Assembly: GCF_037042905.1 (NCBI RefSeq)
Contig: NC_087251.1
Span: 22,570,001-22,634,000 of the forward strand
Direction of reading: 5' to 3'
DNA length: 64,000 bases
Source of the DNA: Lytechinus pictus
Lineage: Eukaryota
Below are positions 1 to 14,349 of this stretch, piece after piece (position 1 is the first letter of the stretch; every line of letters begins with the position of its first letter). Under the pieces are notes generated by a model. That model was not told where the DNA came from and made no database searches. It saw nothing but the letters and a program-made list of their open reading frames with translations. The position numbers and the translations under genes were made by a program.

Positions 1-3000
1 TATGTCCATCTTCCTATCTATCTACAACTCTTTCTTCATTCCTCGTATAGTCGAGCATGAAATGCAAATTTTAAGAACTTTACATTTCTTAACATTCCCA
101 ACCGTCTATTCCATGCTTAATGATGTATATTACTTGCCCTTAATAGTATTTATTTTACGAAATGAAACAAAAAGTGCCAATGAGCTATTACTTTAATGCA
201 AGTAAGACTTGAGCGAGTGTGTCTCGGATGACATGAAGGAATAAAGACAGGAAGAATGAAAGGCAGAGATGAGGAGAGATGAATTGTACTAAGAAAAAAA
301 AACACTGAGAGGGAGAGATGAGGAGACGACGGAGGGGGCTGAAAATCTACAATATTCTTCTTCTGTAGTTGTTTAGGACTACCATTCAGCGTCCTAGTAG
401 TATTTTGTTTTGTGAACTCACAATGAAATCTAAGTTTCTTCTTTGAATCAGTATCTGGCTACCGCTGGGTATTTTTGGCTTTTTCCTCATCTTTTTCACT
501 GCAATTTCTCCACTTTCCTGAGATTCGGGTAAACCAGAATCCCATGTGACCAATCAAGGATGTAACTGATAGGTCAGGCATATACCCTGTCTCTGCTAAC
601 TTGTGATTGACTAAACAAGATTCATCTAAATGAAATTTCCTCTCTCTTCATCTCTTCTTATCCATTGATTGATGTTTGCTTGGAGGTTTGTTTGGGATTC
701 CCCTCTCCTTTTTATTGTTTTTGTTTTTGCATTGACGGTAAAACTGTTTGGTGTACGTTTTAGAATATTCTTACTCTATACCAGGGTTGCAAACCTCTTC
801 GTACCTTTGAAATATGATTTCTTTATTGCACATCGCTCATTCAGAATTATAAACAAGCGCGCGTAGGCTCTCACGTGTACACACACACACCCTAACCCAC
901 GCACACCCGCACATACCCTATTTTTTTTTGCTTGTCAAATTTTTCCTCGGGGAAAATGTACCCCCCTTTTAGAAAATCCTGTATCTGCCCCTGATCCACA
1001 CCCCACCTCTCTCTTACATAATACACACACACACGCACATACAAACAACGCATGTTCTCATACTTCCACTCTTAAAATCACAACCCACTCACTCAAACGC
1101 CCCCAGACACAACAACCATACCTCCTTCATCCAACCACATGAATGTAAACCGAAGTCGCTGCCGTTTTACTTCTTGTTTCGGTTTGGTTTTATTTCAGTT
1201 AATTTAACTAATTCACACTGAAAATGCATCTATTAAAAATCAACAGATTGTGACTTGAGAATTCCAGTAAAATGTACAATAATTATTATATGTTTTAAAG
1301 AATCAATTAATTATTTTATATTCTACTGATTTTGGGGGGTATAATATCATATCTGACAATCAATTTATGTGTTAAGAAATATTACATCCTATATTGAATC
1401 GATTTGGATGATGGATCACCCCCCCCCCAGAATTCAGGAATTTCGCTTGAAAACTGAATAGTTTCAAATCTGAATTCATTGATCGGGGTATATTCTGCTC
1501 AATGTCAACTGAAATTAATTCGATCCAAATCTCGGCCAGGCATGGATGATGGTTTTACTATCAAGGTGTGGGATTGTTTTTTTTATTATATCGTCGCGGA
1601 GGAAACCGGAACTTTTGTATTTCTTGTTCCCGAGTCAGGAAATAGAATCTTCTAAAATGCTTTGGGTGACACCCTCCGTTGTAGTGACAAGACTGAAAAT
1701 ATTCTTTAACATTTGCTCTGGGGTGACACTCTGTTGAAACATTTCACCAAGTCTAAATCCATAGATTGAAATTGGATTGTGTTTATATTCACTGACAGTA
1801 TAGCCCAAGGCGGGGATTCTTTGAAGCTCTTTATTTCATATATACTCATACATCTTTTTTCTGATGAGGTTCGTCTTGTCTTCTCACATTGATATAGGAT
1901 AAGCTCAAAAGTAATATCCGTATATATTCTGCTGGTCGACTACAAAAATACGGCAATGACATTATTTTGTTTTTATTAGATTATATATATATATATGGAA
2001 GGAAGTAGGGGGAAATTATTGAACGGATTTTCTTCGAATGTGAGATTAAATGGATCAAAGGGTCATAATCGATATGATTCCTTTTTTTTCTCTCTCAAAT
2101 TGTCAGAGAAACGAACGTCTTTAAAGTAGTAGTGCAAAGGTAATTAATTATAAGGTCACTTTACTACGTGCGAATGGGACAACATAAAAGCACTTATTTT
2201 TTTATGAAGATTCGAAAGTCAGTAAACGCCAAATAGAGCGAGCCCCTTTGCTCCTAACGATCTAGTCTACATCTTGACTGGTGTTTGTAATTTTTCTTTT
2301 ATATGCATGTGTCTGAACGCCTAACATGGGTAACAAAGATCGTTTTTAAGTCCATTGATTCATCCTCGTCAGACTGTCTAGCAGATACATAGTTTGAAAG
2401 AATAAGTGGGCTTTTCATCGATCTACTTTGGGCTTTCAAACACGCGGGTAAAGAAAAAAAATTATCACTTACATCCAGATCTAGACTACCAACGATCAAG
2501 ATGAAGAGAAAAGGAAAGAAAGGAAAAGGGTAAGGAAAAGAAAAAGAAAAAAGAAAAAAGAAAAAAGATAGAAAACAAAACAAAACAAAAAAGAAACAAA
2601 ATGAAAAGAAGATTTGAAGAAAAAAAAAGAAAAAAAAATTCATAAAAGTAGGACAAATTAAGGAGAAAGAGAGAAAACGAAAAATATATATGAAAAAGTA
2701 ATTGATTCTTTAAAAGAAAAAAAAATGCAGTGGCAAAAAAGTCATTTGCTAGCCAAAACCAAACAAAGGAGAATTGAAGAAGCTATAACAAGATTAATGA
2801 GGGAAAATGATTTTTAAAGTCGAAGTTGTTTTAATTCGTGTAGAAACTAACAATTATAAATTGTGATATAATTCTGGCGATCTCCGATGCAAAAGTCATT
2901 CAAAATGAGTTGGGCCTGTTGGTGGGTGCATGTCGCTATATAGGTTACTTCAATAATAATACATGTACTCAGTGGCGTAGACACGTTCGTACACCTGGGG

Positions 3001-3246
3001 GGGATGACTGGGCTGCCAACGCTAGTTAGGGCGCGAAGCGCCCGAGTGAGGGAGCGAAGCGACCGAGCGGGGGGAGGGTGTGGGAGGGGGGTGTCCCCCC
3101 TCCCACGGTAGGGAGCTTTTGCAATTTTGAACTTGAAATCGTGCAATCTGATGCATACTTAATGAGGTAAAATAACACACACAAGCGCGCACGCACACAC
3201 ACACATACTCACACACACACACGGGTGCGCGCACCACACACATACT

Positions 3247-3902
3247 ACGCCTTGATGACAGACCCTGTCGCAGAAGGAATCGCAAGCTCTTGAAGACCTT
3301 ATCATCAGTGCTCGTTGGGCTGTTTCCTGCTGTTGACGGCAGTTGGCGTCCATTTTGACATCGATTTTAGCCTCAGGTTTCAAGGAAATCGCTGCCTTTG
3401 CGACTCTGTGACAATTTGAAGCCTTGTGGCTCTCAAATCTGGGTGATGCCTTTTTCCAGTTACAAAAGCCGATTGAAACAAATGCTGGTTCTTTGTTCTT
3501 GGCCAATTTCAAGAGTCCGCGTTTTTCTGCCTGTGCACAGTAGAAACACAGTACCCGTTTCAGGGAGGGTTCGTAATGGATCCAGGGGTAGCTTTGGTAC
3601 CATTTGGCTTGAAACAGAATTTTCTGCGTTTTAGTTTCTACTACGGGAATGGAAGAAGTAGGGGGGTGATTGGGGCTAACCCAGTCGTCAAAACCGGCAT
3701 CAGCTTCATCATCATCTTTCGCCTCAGATGCTCCATCACCCTCAACGGCACTTTCTTCTGGTTGAACTTCAGGAAGAACAGGCCTATCTCCGACATCATC
3801 CGATTTTGATGTAGACGGCTGTTCGTCATCATGTTCTTCTTTCTCATTGTGCTTGAAAAAAGAAGTGATCTTTGATGTTTTCAACTTCTTATTATGAGCC
3901 AT
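3247..3902 (-). pseudogene. Truncated hAT transposase N-terminus (TTF-type zinc finger, ZMYM1/ZNF862-like)
   Basis: ORF from ATG 3902 contains FQAKWYQSYPWIHY..VLCFYC..GFCNWKKASPRFESHKASNCH. After a frameshift near 3300 the other frame reads LRFLLRQGLSSR (hAT FL.RQGL..RG motif), then the sequence runs into a CA repeat. Confidence 0.8.
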
Positions 3903-4121
3903 CCTAGAATCCTAAAATCAATTCACGCTGTGAATTATGTAAGTGACACACTCACATATATTTCCCCCTTAAAAAGTTAAGGAAGACAAGGCCTCCTGCT
4001 GAGCGGACTCACCACGTGTTTTTGTTTTCTAGCTAACTGCCTTAGCGCGTCCCTTCTCTCCCCGCACGTAATGCGCACATAACACGGCGTACGCTCGTAA
4101 TCCGCATCCCTGATTTTCAAT

Positions 4122-4408
4122 AGCTTCTTTCACACGTTAAAAGCCAATCTTGTGGTTATCTTGTGGTTATCTTGTGGTTTGCAATCTTAGAGGTATCTTG
4201 TGGTTATCTTGTGGTTTGCCCCATTTGAACACGCAAAACTCGTGGTTATCTTTTGGTTTCCACACCACGAGATTGCGCGCACTGCAAAATATGCGCGATT
4301 AATCTTGTGGTTATCTTGTGGTTTCCAAACCACAAGATAACCACAAAATACTTGGAAGATTTTCTTTTTTTTACCGTCTGAATTGGCTTTCACCGTGTGA
4401 ATGCGGCT
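4122..4408. mobile_element. MITE (PIF/Harbinger-like) nested in the hAT element
   Basis: Imperfect TIRs agcttctttcacacgttaaaagccaat / attggctttcaccgtgtgaatgcggct; aat on both flanks; internal tandem atcttgtggtt units. Confidence 0.6.
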
Positions 4409-4419
4409 AATAACAATAA

Positions 4420-4527
4420 ACACAATTACAATAATGATGAGGATTATTATTATCATCATCATAATTATTATTATTATTAATATTATAATTGTTATCATTA
4501 TTATTATTACTATTATTATCATCATTA
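4420..4527. repeat. (ATT/ATC)n low-complexity microsatellite
   Basis: Directly visible trinucleotide repeats. Confidence 0.8.
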
Positions 4528-7500
4528 TGACTTATTAAGTAACCAAATATCATTCCCCAAAACCTGGGGGGGATGATTGTACATGCCATCCCCCCCACCT
4601 TGTGAGGTGGGGGGATGCATCCCCCTCATCCCCCCCCCCCCCCCCGTTGTCTACGCCCCTGCATGTACTACTTGTATTTGTGTCCTGTGATTATCAGCGA
4701 GTTGAGTGTCTCTTCGGCGACTCCCTCTCCGTTGACTCCTCGCCACCTTAACAACTTCATTGGCAGTACTCAAAGGACTTGAATATCATATATTCCCGAT
4801 AAATCAATCGGGACATGATGATGATGAATCGGTCTGCACTCCCTCACAAGGTTTTCTCACCCCATCATCACTTACTTATGTACTCCTATACCCCCCTCTG
4901 TCTTTCACTCTTTTTTGCCTCTTGCGCCTTTCTCGCTCTTTCTTTACTTCTACATGTTCTACATGTAGGTCTGATCTAGCTTCGCATCTTAGCACGTTAA
5001 TTTTTAAACCCCACTCCCTATATGAAATTGATTTCACCCTACCTTTAACACTACACCGGTCTTTTTATTCCGAAATAATTTCACCTAGATGATGCTTTAA
5101 TGATGAAGAAATTCATTAATGCATTGCATTTCACTATAAAGCCAAACTTGAATAATCACAGTGATCAGAGTTTCCGATCTTTAAGATTAAGTCCAATATG
5201 TGTTGAGCTTAAAGTTTGTAAGTCAAGTCCAGGTAGCAAATACAGATTGTATAATTTTCAGCAATTTATCCAATGTTTTTTTTTTCTCCATGATGGCGTG
5301 GTGACAGCGGTAGGATAGACGATTTTAACGACTATCGATGATGGGAGAGATATATACTAGGTCGCATTTTTCGGATCCTGGCGTCACGTTATACGTGGTT
5401 AATCGTACCTGATTGTTAAGAACCTAAGTACACGCTCAAACTCTGTAGCGCATATAGTAAAAAAAGACATCTGTAATTGCGAAAAGCCTTTACTACTTAT
5501 ATTCAAACACATGTGACAATTGAGCGATAACCCATTTTACACCAAAATCATTCGGCATATTATTCATGCATATAGTAACCAGTAATTACATCCTGCTAAC
5601 ATTCACTTTATGATGGTTGTCCACAACTTGAATTCATCTTTAATCTTCAACATGATGTATATACATAAAACATTCCCATGACGACAAATCCAACGTAATA
5701 CATGTGAAAGGTCGATGACCTTCTGATCAAGTGCGCATAGCCCTGTGGTCACACATCAATAACGTCTTCTATATATACGTCTCCATGATGGGCTGTAGGG
5801 AATTAATGGCGTGACGTGAGCAATGTACCATGCATGTGCCTTGACTTTTTCTCGTATTCATACATGATGGAGGCGCCGCGAACCAAACTAAAAGATGTTT
5901 ATTTTCTTAGTGGGAGCGCAAGAGGGTAGGGTGGTTGGAACAGAATTATTAAACGTTCGTTCTACTGAACTGTAATTGCTACAGGTTGGTGTAAACACTG
6001 TGAGCATCTTTCTCGTATCTCTTGCAAATGTCTGTCGGGGATGGATTGTTTTTCGGTGGGTAATTCCAGGTGAAAAAGCCCAGGATTCAAACCCTGGCCA
6101 TGGTACGTATGTCCTTGAGCAGGGCCTTTGATCTTCATTGTTTTGTTTCTTACGCATTGTGACGTGAGAGGTCGGTCCCCGGACGTAAATAATCATATCC
6201 GATAAAATCTGAAAACGCACACACACTCTCACACGAATTAAGATTCATCAGCCTTACTTTGAATTTAAAAGAAGGTTCATCACATCACAACGATCTCGAA
6301 ATCACTTTCCTATCGTATTCTTTCTCAGTCTCTTCCTTGTCGATATCCTTCTTTTTCTCTTTCACCACACCTACCCCTTCCCCATCTATTTCCTCTGATT
6401 CTTTAGTGCTTATCTGACGTTATGCCTGCCTGCATCATTATACACTCGGACCAGTCCGTCTTCTTTCCACCTCTTGGAACCTCAGGGATATTATCGATGG
6501 AAAATTCTCATAACCATGAAAGCAAAACAACCTGTTTTCCACTTGGGCAACGTAATTATCCTTGTATGGTGCCATTCTCTGGAAACACGAAATTATGATA
6601 AACCATGTGTCTACGGCTACTCTCTAGTTCACTTACTAAACTTGTTCACATGTTTGTTGATATTGCAGTATATAGCTACATTTACACGTACAACATTTTA
6701 AAAGTATAAAGTAATTTATTTGACATGTGACTGTTAAATCCGAAAGAGATATAAAATTAAAAAAATAATAAAACATTAATTATAACTCCGATTGCAATTC
6801 AAGGATTTAATCATGGAAATATGAATATGTGTGCATGGTTTATCAACACAATATTCTTGTATATTGTAAATGGCATTAAAGATCGGTATTAGCCGGACAT
6901 TTATGGCATAGAACAAATAAATGTCCTTGTAATGTTAATGGTTTCGGCTTCCACCTGCAATAGGATCACTAATATTTTCAATTCAATTGATTCTATAACT
7001 TCACATATACTTTTATTTGAGAGTATGAAATTAAAATGTCTGTATCATGGCAGTGAAGTCCGCGAAGTTGACAAATAATGTGCATTGGCAGGGGTTCTCC
7101 TTATTCAATTTTTTTTTAAGACCAAAAATTTGTGGCGCCCCAAACGATATTGAATAAGAAATGGCGTAATGCATGGTATATGTAGCGTAAGTGATATGAT
7201 TATGCTACTAGCAAAATCCAGTTATGTTGATAAGTCCCTCCAAGTAGATTAGAGCTTAGCCGTAACTATGTTAGCACACTTTACATGGCTATGGTATTCT
7301 GAATGTCCTATTTTGCTTTTCTTTTGCTTGTTTATTTTGTATATATGTCATATTTTCTATATAGGGTTTGGTGTTGGCAGGATAGGAACGGTATTTCAAA
7401 ATTTATATTTCTCGAGAATTGAATTCAATATTTCTATCATGTATAAGTCCTCAATTGTTATTCTCACAATTTTTTTTCTCACGTATTACTGCAATTGGAA

Positions 7501-9721
7501 GTTCCTGGAATCAATGGGACTAATGAGCCTTCATGTTTATACTCGGGGTATGCCGATGTTTTGCACAGGAATTTCATTTCTCATGATCGATACTCAAAGT
7601 TGTAAACGTGTGATGCCACCTCCACTTCCCCGTGGATTCATCTTGTTTCCAGAGAAGGCAGGGTCGCTTATGCTTCACAATATTTTCAATACGTGTTCCA
7701 TCCAGGTTACCTGCTTCTAAAAATGGATCTAGTAATCTAAAAATATAGCTAGGGGTGTACAGACATCAGACTTTACCCTTGACTTGTGACCTTCTTCACA
7801 CTTAGCCGGAAAAGATCATCCTACATCTTGAATACATCGAGCATACTCTTGGTGAGGCTTCCATGTGTTATTTTTTTATTATTATTGGACGGTTGTACAT
7901 ATAACCTTTCTGCTAAGTCAACCGAGATTGACAACTTCTATTTACTAACTACTCCATCTTCAGAATGCTGTCGAATTCGTCCCGGGATGTCAAGTTGCTT
8001 TTTGAGGGTTTTAGGTTTAAAATTAGCATTCTGGAGCAACCGAAATGTGGACAACATGATCCTTGCGAATAACTTTGGTCTATATTAAGAATCTTAATAT
8101 CAAGCTGACTGTGTGATTCGTCTGTCCCTCTCTACACCACCTCTCTACGGACTCTCCCACACATACACACACCCTCACGTGTGCACGCTATACACACGAA
8201 CATTCACGCATCCAATCCTCATTATTGTCACAAACGTAGATGTACTGGGTCATGCATTAACGCCCCTCTTACTGTCATACATAAGACTAATGATGATAAG
8301 TTTGACATTTGTATGATACTCTGTTGACGACCGTAATTCCGTCTTCTGTATTGTTACATCGAAAAGGAACAACAAATTTTCGTTCCGATCATGACAAGCA
8401 AGGTGAGAGGAAAAAGAATGGAACAAAAATAAAATAATAAAGCGCTATATTCCATGCATTATGTACAACATAATTTGGATCGGAATGAGGAATTGATATT
8501 AACCACAATGCTATTACCCTTCACTATGGTACAGAGTAGAACTATTAGGGCAAGTTCACGGTAATAGACTACCTATTCTAAGCCATCAGGTCCCGTTAAC
8601 AATAAACTAATGATGCTATCCTGTTCTTGTAATTATGAATATATTCCTCATTCTCCTGGTTCTACTAGTATTCCCCGTTTGCATGCTCTCGGCTTAAGTT
8701 CTTTTTAATGAACTTCCACCAAAAGGAACTCAACGTCATTATTTCTATCGTCAGTTTAGTCTTTATCTGAGGAAAGGGTTTAAAGCGAAAGTGCGCCCGT
8801 AAGTTTGGATTGATGTAGAAAATACGGGGAGAAGTTGAAAAAGTTTGGTACTTTTAGTGATGAAAAGCTTTCTGTTGTTTTAAAATCCATGTTACGAATA
8901 AACGCCCTTACTGGGTTCTTCGTTCTTAACAACAAAAAAACCCAAATGTCGGCAGGTATTTGCATGCACATTGTGATCTGGTTAGAATGGCGTATGATAT
9001 ACATGAAGGTCTCAAAGTTTCATATAATTTGAATTTAGTCTTGAATTTAACTCTTTTAAGACTAAATTCAAATTATCTCTATTAAAATCTTATAATATAC
9101 TCCCAAATTAAGTCTAATTCATCATCTTCGTCAAGTCATCATTATTACTATAATATAAAGACTATAATTAAAACATAAAATAATAATTATCCTTTTTTTA
9201 TTGAAAAAAAAACCAAACAAATCTGACACAAGTCCTCAGATGTGCTCGTTATTGAACCTCATATACATTATTGTGTCTATCCTCTCCTCTATTTTCTCTT
9301 TCTTTCCTGTCCGCTTATCCGCCTTCCTACCGGTTATTTGTTCACGGCATCAATCACATTTTTCGTGCATTACATTCTTTCCAGGTTATTTTATATATTT
9401 TTTCTCCTTTTATACACATCCTTGAATCCAGTTTGCTTGAGTCCACGATGGCATATGTTCTACATACGTTCAGCAGCACCCATCCATCTTCTCAGGGCAT
9501 TCTCCCCTTTTTTCTTCTCTTTTTCTGGGGGGGGGGGGGTGGGGAAGGGTGGATATATTTTAGGACGGGTTGTTTTGTCCTATATCAAACTTTTTTTTTT
9601 TATAACTTCGTATTTATTTTGTGAGTATTATTTCTCTCTCATTTATTTTGTTTTCTCATTTGATTACATATATCGGTATTTGTACTTTGTTATTTTGTTA
9701 TTTGTTGTGTTATCTATTTTT

Positions 9722-9975
9722 TGAGGGGCCCACATTGTACAAGCATTGCTTTTTAGTGGGTCCCTCCATTTCCATCTTAATTTAATTTCTATTGAAAAAT
9801 AGTATACATATTTAAAACCTACAATGTGTTGCCCAAATTGTCTAAGTGTTTTTTTTTTCTCTACATATGTATTGTTTTTTTTTCTGCAACGGATACAAAT
9901 ATTTATGTTTATATATGGTATACAATTTGTTTTTGTTTGATGGAAGTGAAATAGATAAATTTGAATTTGAATTTA
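9722..9975 (+). mobile_element. Possible 3' end remnant of a CR1/L2-type LINE
   Basis: Stem-loop gaggggcccac...gtgggtccctc followed by a T-rich tract and an (aatttg)n tail; no ORF. Family assignment is pattern-based only. Confidence 0.35.
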
Positions 9976-11129
9976 TAAAGTGTTTTGATATTTTAGACAA
10001 GTACCTTTTGCAAGTATGTTTTATATTTTCTTTGTTCTATTCGATATACATCTACAATATCCCAAGGACTAATGTTTATTTGCTTAATTTAAAGGTCAAT
10101 ATGTAGTTTGATGTCAGTCCTGAGGTTAAGCTCTTGTCACATGTTCAATATTGACCGCTTTACGGAAAACCTCCGAATCACGTGGTACGTAGATGGTTTT
10201 AGATAAAGGTGTCAAAAGGTACAAGCAACTCGTTCAAGCGATAGGTGATCATCAGAGATGTAATGGACATGTCAGTCTGTTTCCATTTTGTCACTGTCAA
10301 TCTCACCAAAAGTTTCTTGCAAAAAATTATGAAAACCTGGCGAAGAATAGTAAGTGGATAAAGATGTAGCCTATTAGTTTTGGGCGGGGGAAATCGTCAT
10401 TTTGTCACATGCAATTGAATTTCACCTTGGTAATACAAGAAAGCTATACAAACATTGAATAAAGATAGAACTATACTAATATCCTAAAGCCTGGGTAAAA
10501 GGGCTTCTCAACAGGAGGTTCCTTTGGTACCAAGTGGCAAGATGGTCAGAGAGATATTACGGTTGCCAGCGACAGTTAGCCATTGAGGAATCGCTGGCAT
10601 TGAGACATCACAAATAAACTAAACTGACAATGGCGCACTTGAAGAAATCAAAGTAATATGTAAATAGTAACTGGATATCCCGAACGGTTCTTGCATTTGT
10701 GAATTGTACCAACTTTCTCAAAGACCGAACATGCCGAAATAGTGTTATGTATAATACTGTATCAAATGTTCTTTGACGTAATGTGTTATTTCTGCATCAG
10801 ATGATCAAGGACAAGAATGGAATAGAGAAAAAGAAAATTGCTTTTCTTCAAACTTATCATATCGCCTGATGCAACTCGTAACCACCAAACAAGGATTATA
10901 TCTGCTGTTGAACCCAGTTCACACGTTATTTACAGTTGATTGGTGAGGTATGTTATCATTGGAAAGTTGATGCAATTGGGACTAATTGTCTTTGTTTTAT
11001 TCTTAAATACTTTGCTTTGAGTCGTGGACTGCTAGCATTATGGTCGGAAAGGCCAAACGAACAATCGGTATCAGAGATATTACAATCTATAATCACTTAT
11101 TGTATATTTTTGTTATATTTGATTCAATT

Positions 11130-11176
<47 letters not shown>

Positions 11177-11181
<5 letters not shown>

Positions 11182-11312
11182 TAGTAATAGGGTGGAGCGA
11201 GTTGCTTAGATTTTAGTTGTACAGACTGTTTTCCCCTGAGGGTTCATCAGCAGGGGGAAACAGTCTGTACAACTAAAATCTAAGCAACTCGCTCCACCCT
11301 ATTACTATACTA
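11177..11312. repeat. Long near-perfect inverted repeat (about 62-bp arms, 12-nt spacer) between TA microsatellites
   Basis: Arm 11177-11238 is the reverse complement of 11251-11312 with one mismatch. Confidence 0.9.
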
Positions 11313-14050
11313 CATGAAGCTCCTATATGTACATGTAGTTGAGCATTTTTCAGTAACTGCTGTTTCGTATAGTCATTATATATATATTTATATATATATA
11401 TGTATGTATAAATATATATATATATATATATTTATGTATTAATTTGTTTGTTTATGTTATTAATATTCATTCATTTAGCCATGGGTTTATGGATTTATTT
11501 TCTTGTCTATTCTTTATTGATTTTCGGGGGGGGGGTAGAATAATAGCGCTGTTTGATGCTTCTTTCATTTGGTAAACACGTACAACTAAACTGTAGGGCT
11601 ATAACATCAGCCATTCCAGTTGGCTCAAACTTTCTGTTTGAAGAAACTCTTCCATGTGATCTGCCTTGAAGTTCAAAGCGAATAGTAGTACACATCAGTA
11701 TCTTATGTGTATACTCAACAACCGAAAGAAATCACAAAAGTACATCATCGGAGGCAGGCACTATGGCGGGTTGAAGGTGTTGGGTTTTGGCAGATCATTA
11801 ATTTGTTCTTGATAGCGAAAAGGTCCTAGGATGTTGGTTGTAATCTCCATTGGTGCAATGGATAAAGGATGATCATAATGATGATGAGTTGCTCATCAAT
11901 GTAGTCACATCGACTTTGCAGATGTAGGACGCGAACTCCGTTTGTAAATGGCTGGTTTATATCTCTCTGCCTCAGGACTTTCCTTTTATCCAATTAAGCT
12001 TACATTGTCGACCTGAATGCTTGGTTTTGAATCTTAGGTATAAAAAAATGTACTGCCATACCCCGTTCAATTATATCTGTCATTCCTTCTTCTCCCTCCT
12101 CTATTTGCCCCCCCCCCCCTCTCTCTCTCTCTCTTTCTGATCTCTTTCCACTTTGCTCTCTACTTCTCTCGTATCCCTACCATAATGCTACAGTTATTTT
12201 GGTTATATCAAATAAATATACGTTTACACTTCCCCTCATCTTTACAGATATGTTTCCACGATCCAGCTGTATACCTTTGTTTATCTTCTCCATTTGATAA
12301 AAATAGACATTTTTTTCTTCCATCGTAGTTTGGAGGCTTTTGTTTTTAGTGTGAACGTTTCTCAGTCGGTGTGTATGACTTCTGCAGACGTGAACGTCAC
12401 TCGACCATTAAAACGGTGGATTTTAATTGATTCGCCAAAATGCCAATGGTATCCATTCACGAATAGGGTACAATATACTTTGTGATTTAGAAGAAAGAGA
12501 GGTATTGCATTCAATCCCTATGTTCAAACTGATTTCCGCTCTGTTCCGAGGGTAGGGGATGTCAAGAATTATTTCATTTCTTATTTTTTTATAGTGAAGT
12601 ATTCTCTATAATGTACTTGTGAACAAGTAAACCTGCACATTTCATACATTCAAGAATGAGTTTTTAAAATACGCGCACTTTGGCCAGCTTTGCTCTATTC
12701 TCTTTCAAGACAAACTCAATGTAATAAATGTATGCATTGGTTCATTAAGGAAAACAGAAAATGATTTGCAATTACTGTACCGAAGTATTTTCACAAGCAT
12801 GCAGGTGCATTTTAAGACGTGGTGCATCGGAGTGTGTGCATCTGAGCATTAGAAGAAACGTTCATATCTTGGTGTTGACTGTCATGAATGATTGTGAGAA
12901 GTCATAGGAAAGTCCGCTTACATTCACCATCGAGGGACCGGATAATTAGTAGTTTGAGAATTTGGGTTTGTATCGCCCATTAGTAGCAGATAACAAGACC
13001 ACATTAAGCAGGAAAAGAATTTCGTTATAATATACCGTGGTTTTTTCACAGCTTAAAGCGAAAAAGGAGCAAGGCAGTTTGGGTTGTGATATATAATAAT
13101 TGATTGATTTTGGCGCTCGGCATTGCTTCTGTCATCACGCAAGAAATGACTTAAAAACTTTTCAACAACGTCATATTCCCTGGGCGCTGCCCCCTTTTTG
13201 ATAGATCAGAGGAAAGTGCAAAAACACCCTTACAGATGTAGATGGGAAACAGGTCGTAATCGTTACTATTCCAGATGTGGAATTAAGATGAAATATAAAT
13301 AAATACAGAGGGGGAAAGGGGGTATTGTGGAAACCTGGTAATCGGTTTAATACAAGCTTTCTACATTAAGCCTCGGGATCTTGTATATCGAATACGTAGA
13401 TTGAGGGCGTGTGTTATGCTTACAATAAATTGAAATATCCTGTAAAACCATTAAGTCGATGGCAAGCGATAGAAACGACATTGAGGGGATAAAACATGTA
13501 TGTCACGCTATTATACCTCCGAGATATTTGACGCGGTTGCTTTCCGTGTCAATTCAATTTCGATAAATATGTTTTTCAATTCAGTTTTCATTGCCTCGCC
13601 TGATCTCTCTGTTTCTTTTTCCCTTTTTTCATTCTTTTATTTATCTATCATATAAGAATATGTTGTCCATGTTTAAGATTATGTCGTCTAGTGTTCAAAA
13701 AGTCCATTAAAATCTGAGATGAGAACTTTCCAGAGTAGCTAATAAAGTTGTATTACTGCCGCAGTATAGTCCAGACTAGTCGTCTAGATGGTGACTTAAG
13801 AATCCTGTTAACCATTTCTGAATTTTGGAAGTATGACATCCATAAAGATTATTGGAGAATTGAAGAGAAATGAATTGTAAGATTTGGAATATAGGAAGTT
13901 ACTTTCTACTGTGCTTTGTTCGACGATTTTTTTTGTTCTAAAATGTTGCTTTTCTGACTGACCACCCCACCTCACTCCTGATTTCTCCCTTCAATTGTCG
14001 ATTTCTATCGATCGGTTAAGAGTGAATCACAATAGAGACTTTTTGAAATG

Positions 14051-14349
14051 ACGACGCCGCCGCTCTCTACAACGCACCAATTCCTTTGAAAATGCAAGTC
14101 AAATCACGATAGAGAGCTGAGAGTCTTTTGTCTAAAGTTGGTGGACCGGGACAGCAGATCATCCGAAGATTTGGGCCGGACGAACGTTTGCAAATATGTC
14201 GTTTTTTTTAGAGTCACCAGACGACGCTGCGGCGCGGCGTGCTGCGGTTCCGGTCCACCGAATTTCGACCAAAGCCACTCAGTTCTCCATTGTGATTTGA
14301 CTTGCATTGTCAAAAGGCATTGGTCCGTTGTTGAGAGCGGCCGCGTCGT
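14051..14349. mobile_element. Diverged palindromic MITE
   Basis: Arms of about 100 bp: acgacgc.gccgctctc...aatgcaagtcaaatcac...ggtggaccgg vs ccggtccacc...gtgatttgacttgcatt...gagagcggccgcgtcgt. Confidence 0.65.

Larger units (their letters stand above)
2970..4661 (-). mobile_element. Internally deleted hAT-superfamily DNA transposon
   Basis: TIRs cagtggcgtagaca / tgtctacgcccctg; perfect 8-bp TSD catgtact at 2962-2969 and 4662-4669; carries a transposase 5' fragment. Confidence 0.9.

Noticed and set aside
2299..2643. Phe-rich hydrophobic ORF
   Set aside because: A-rich low-complexity tract.
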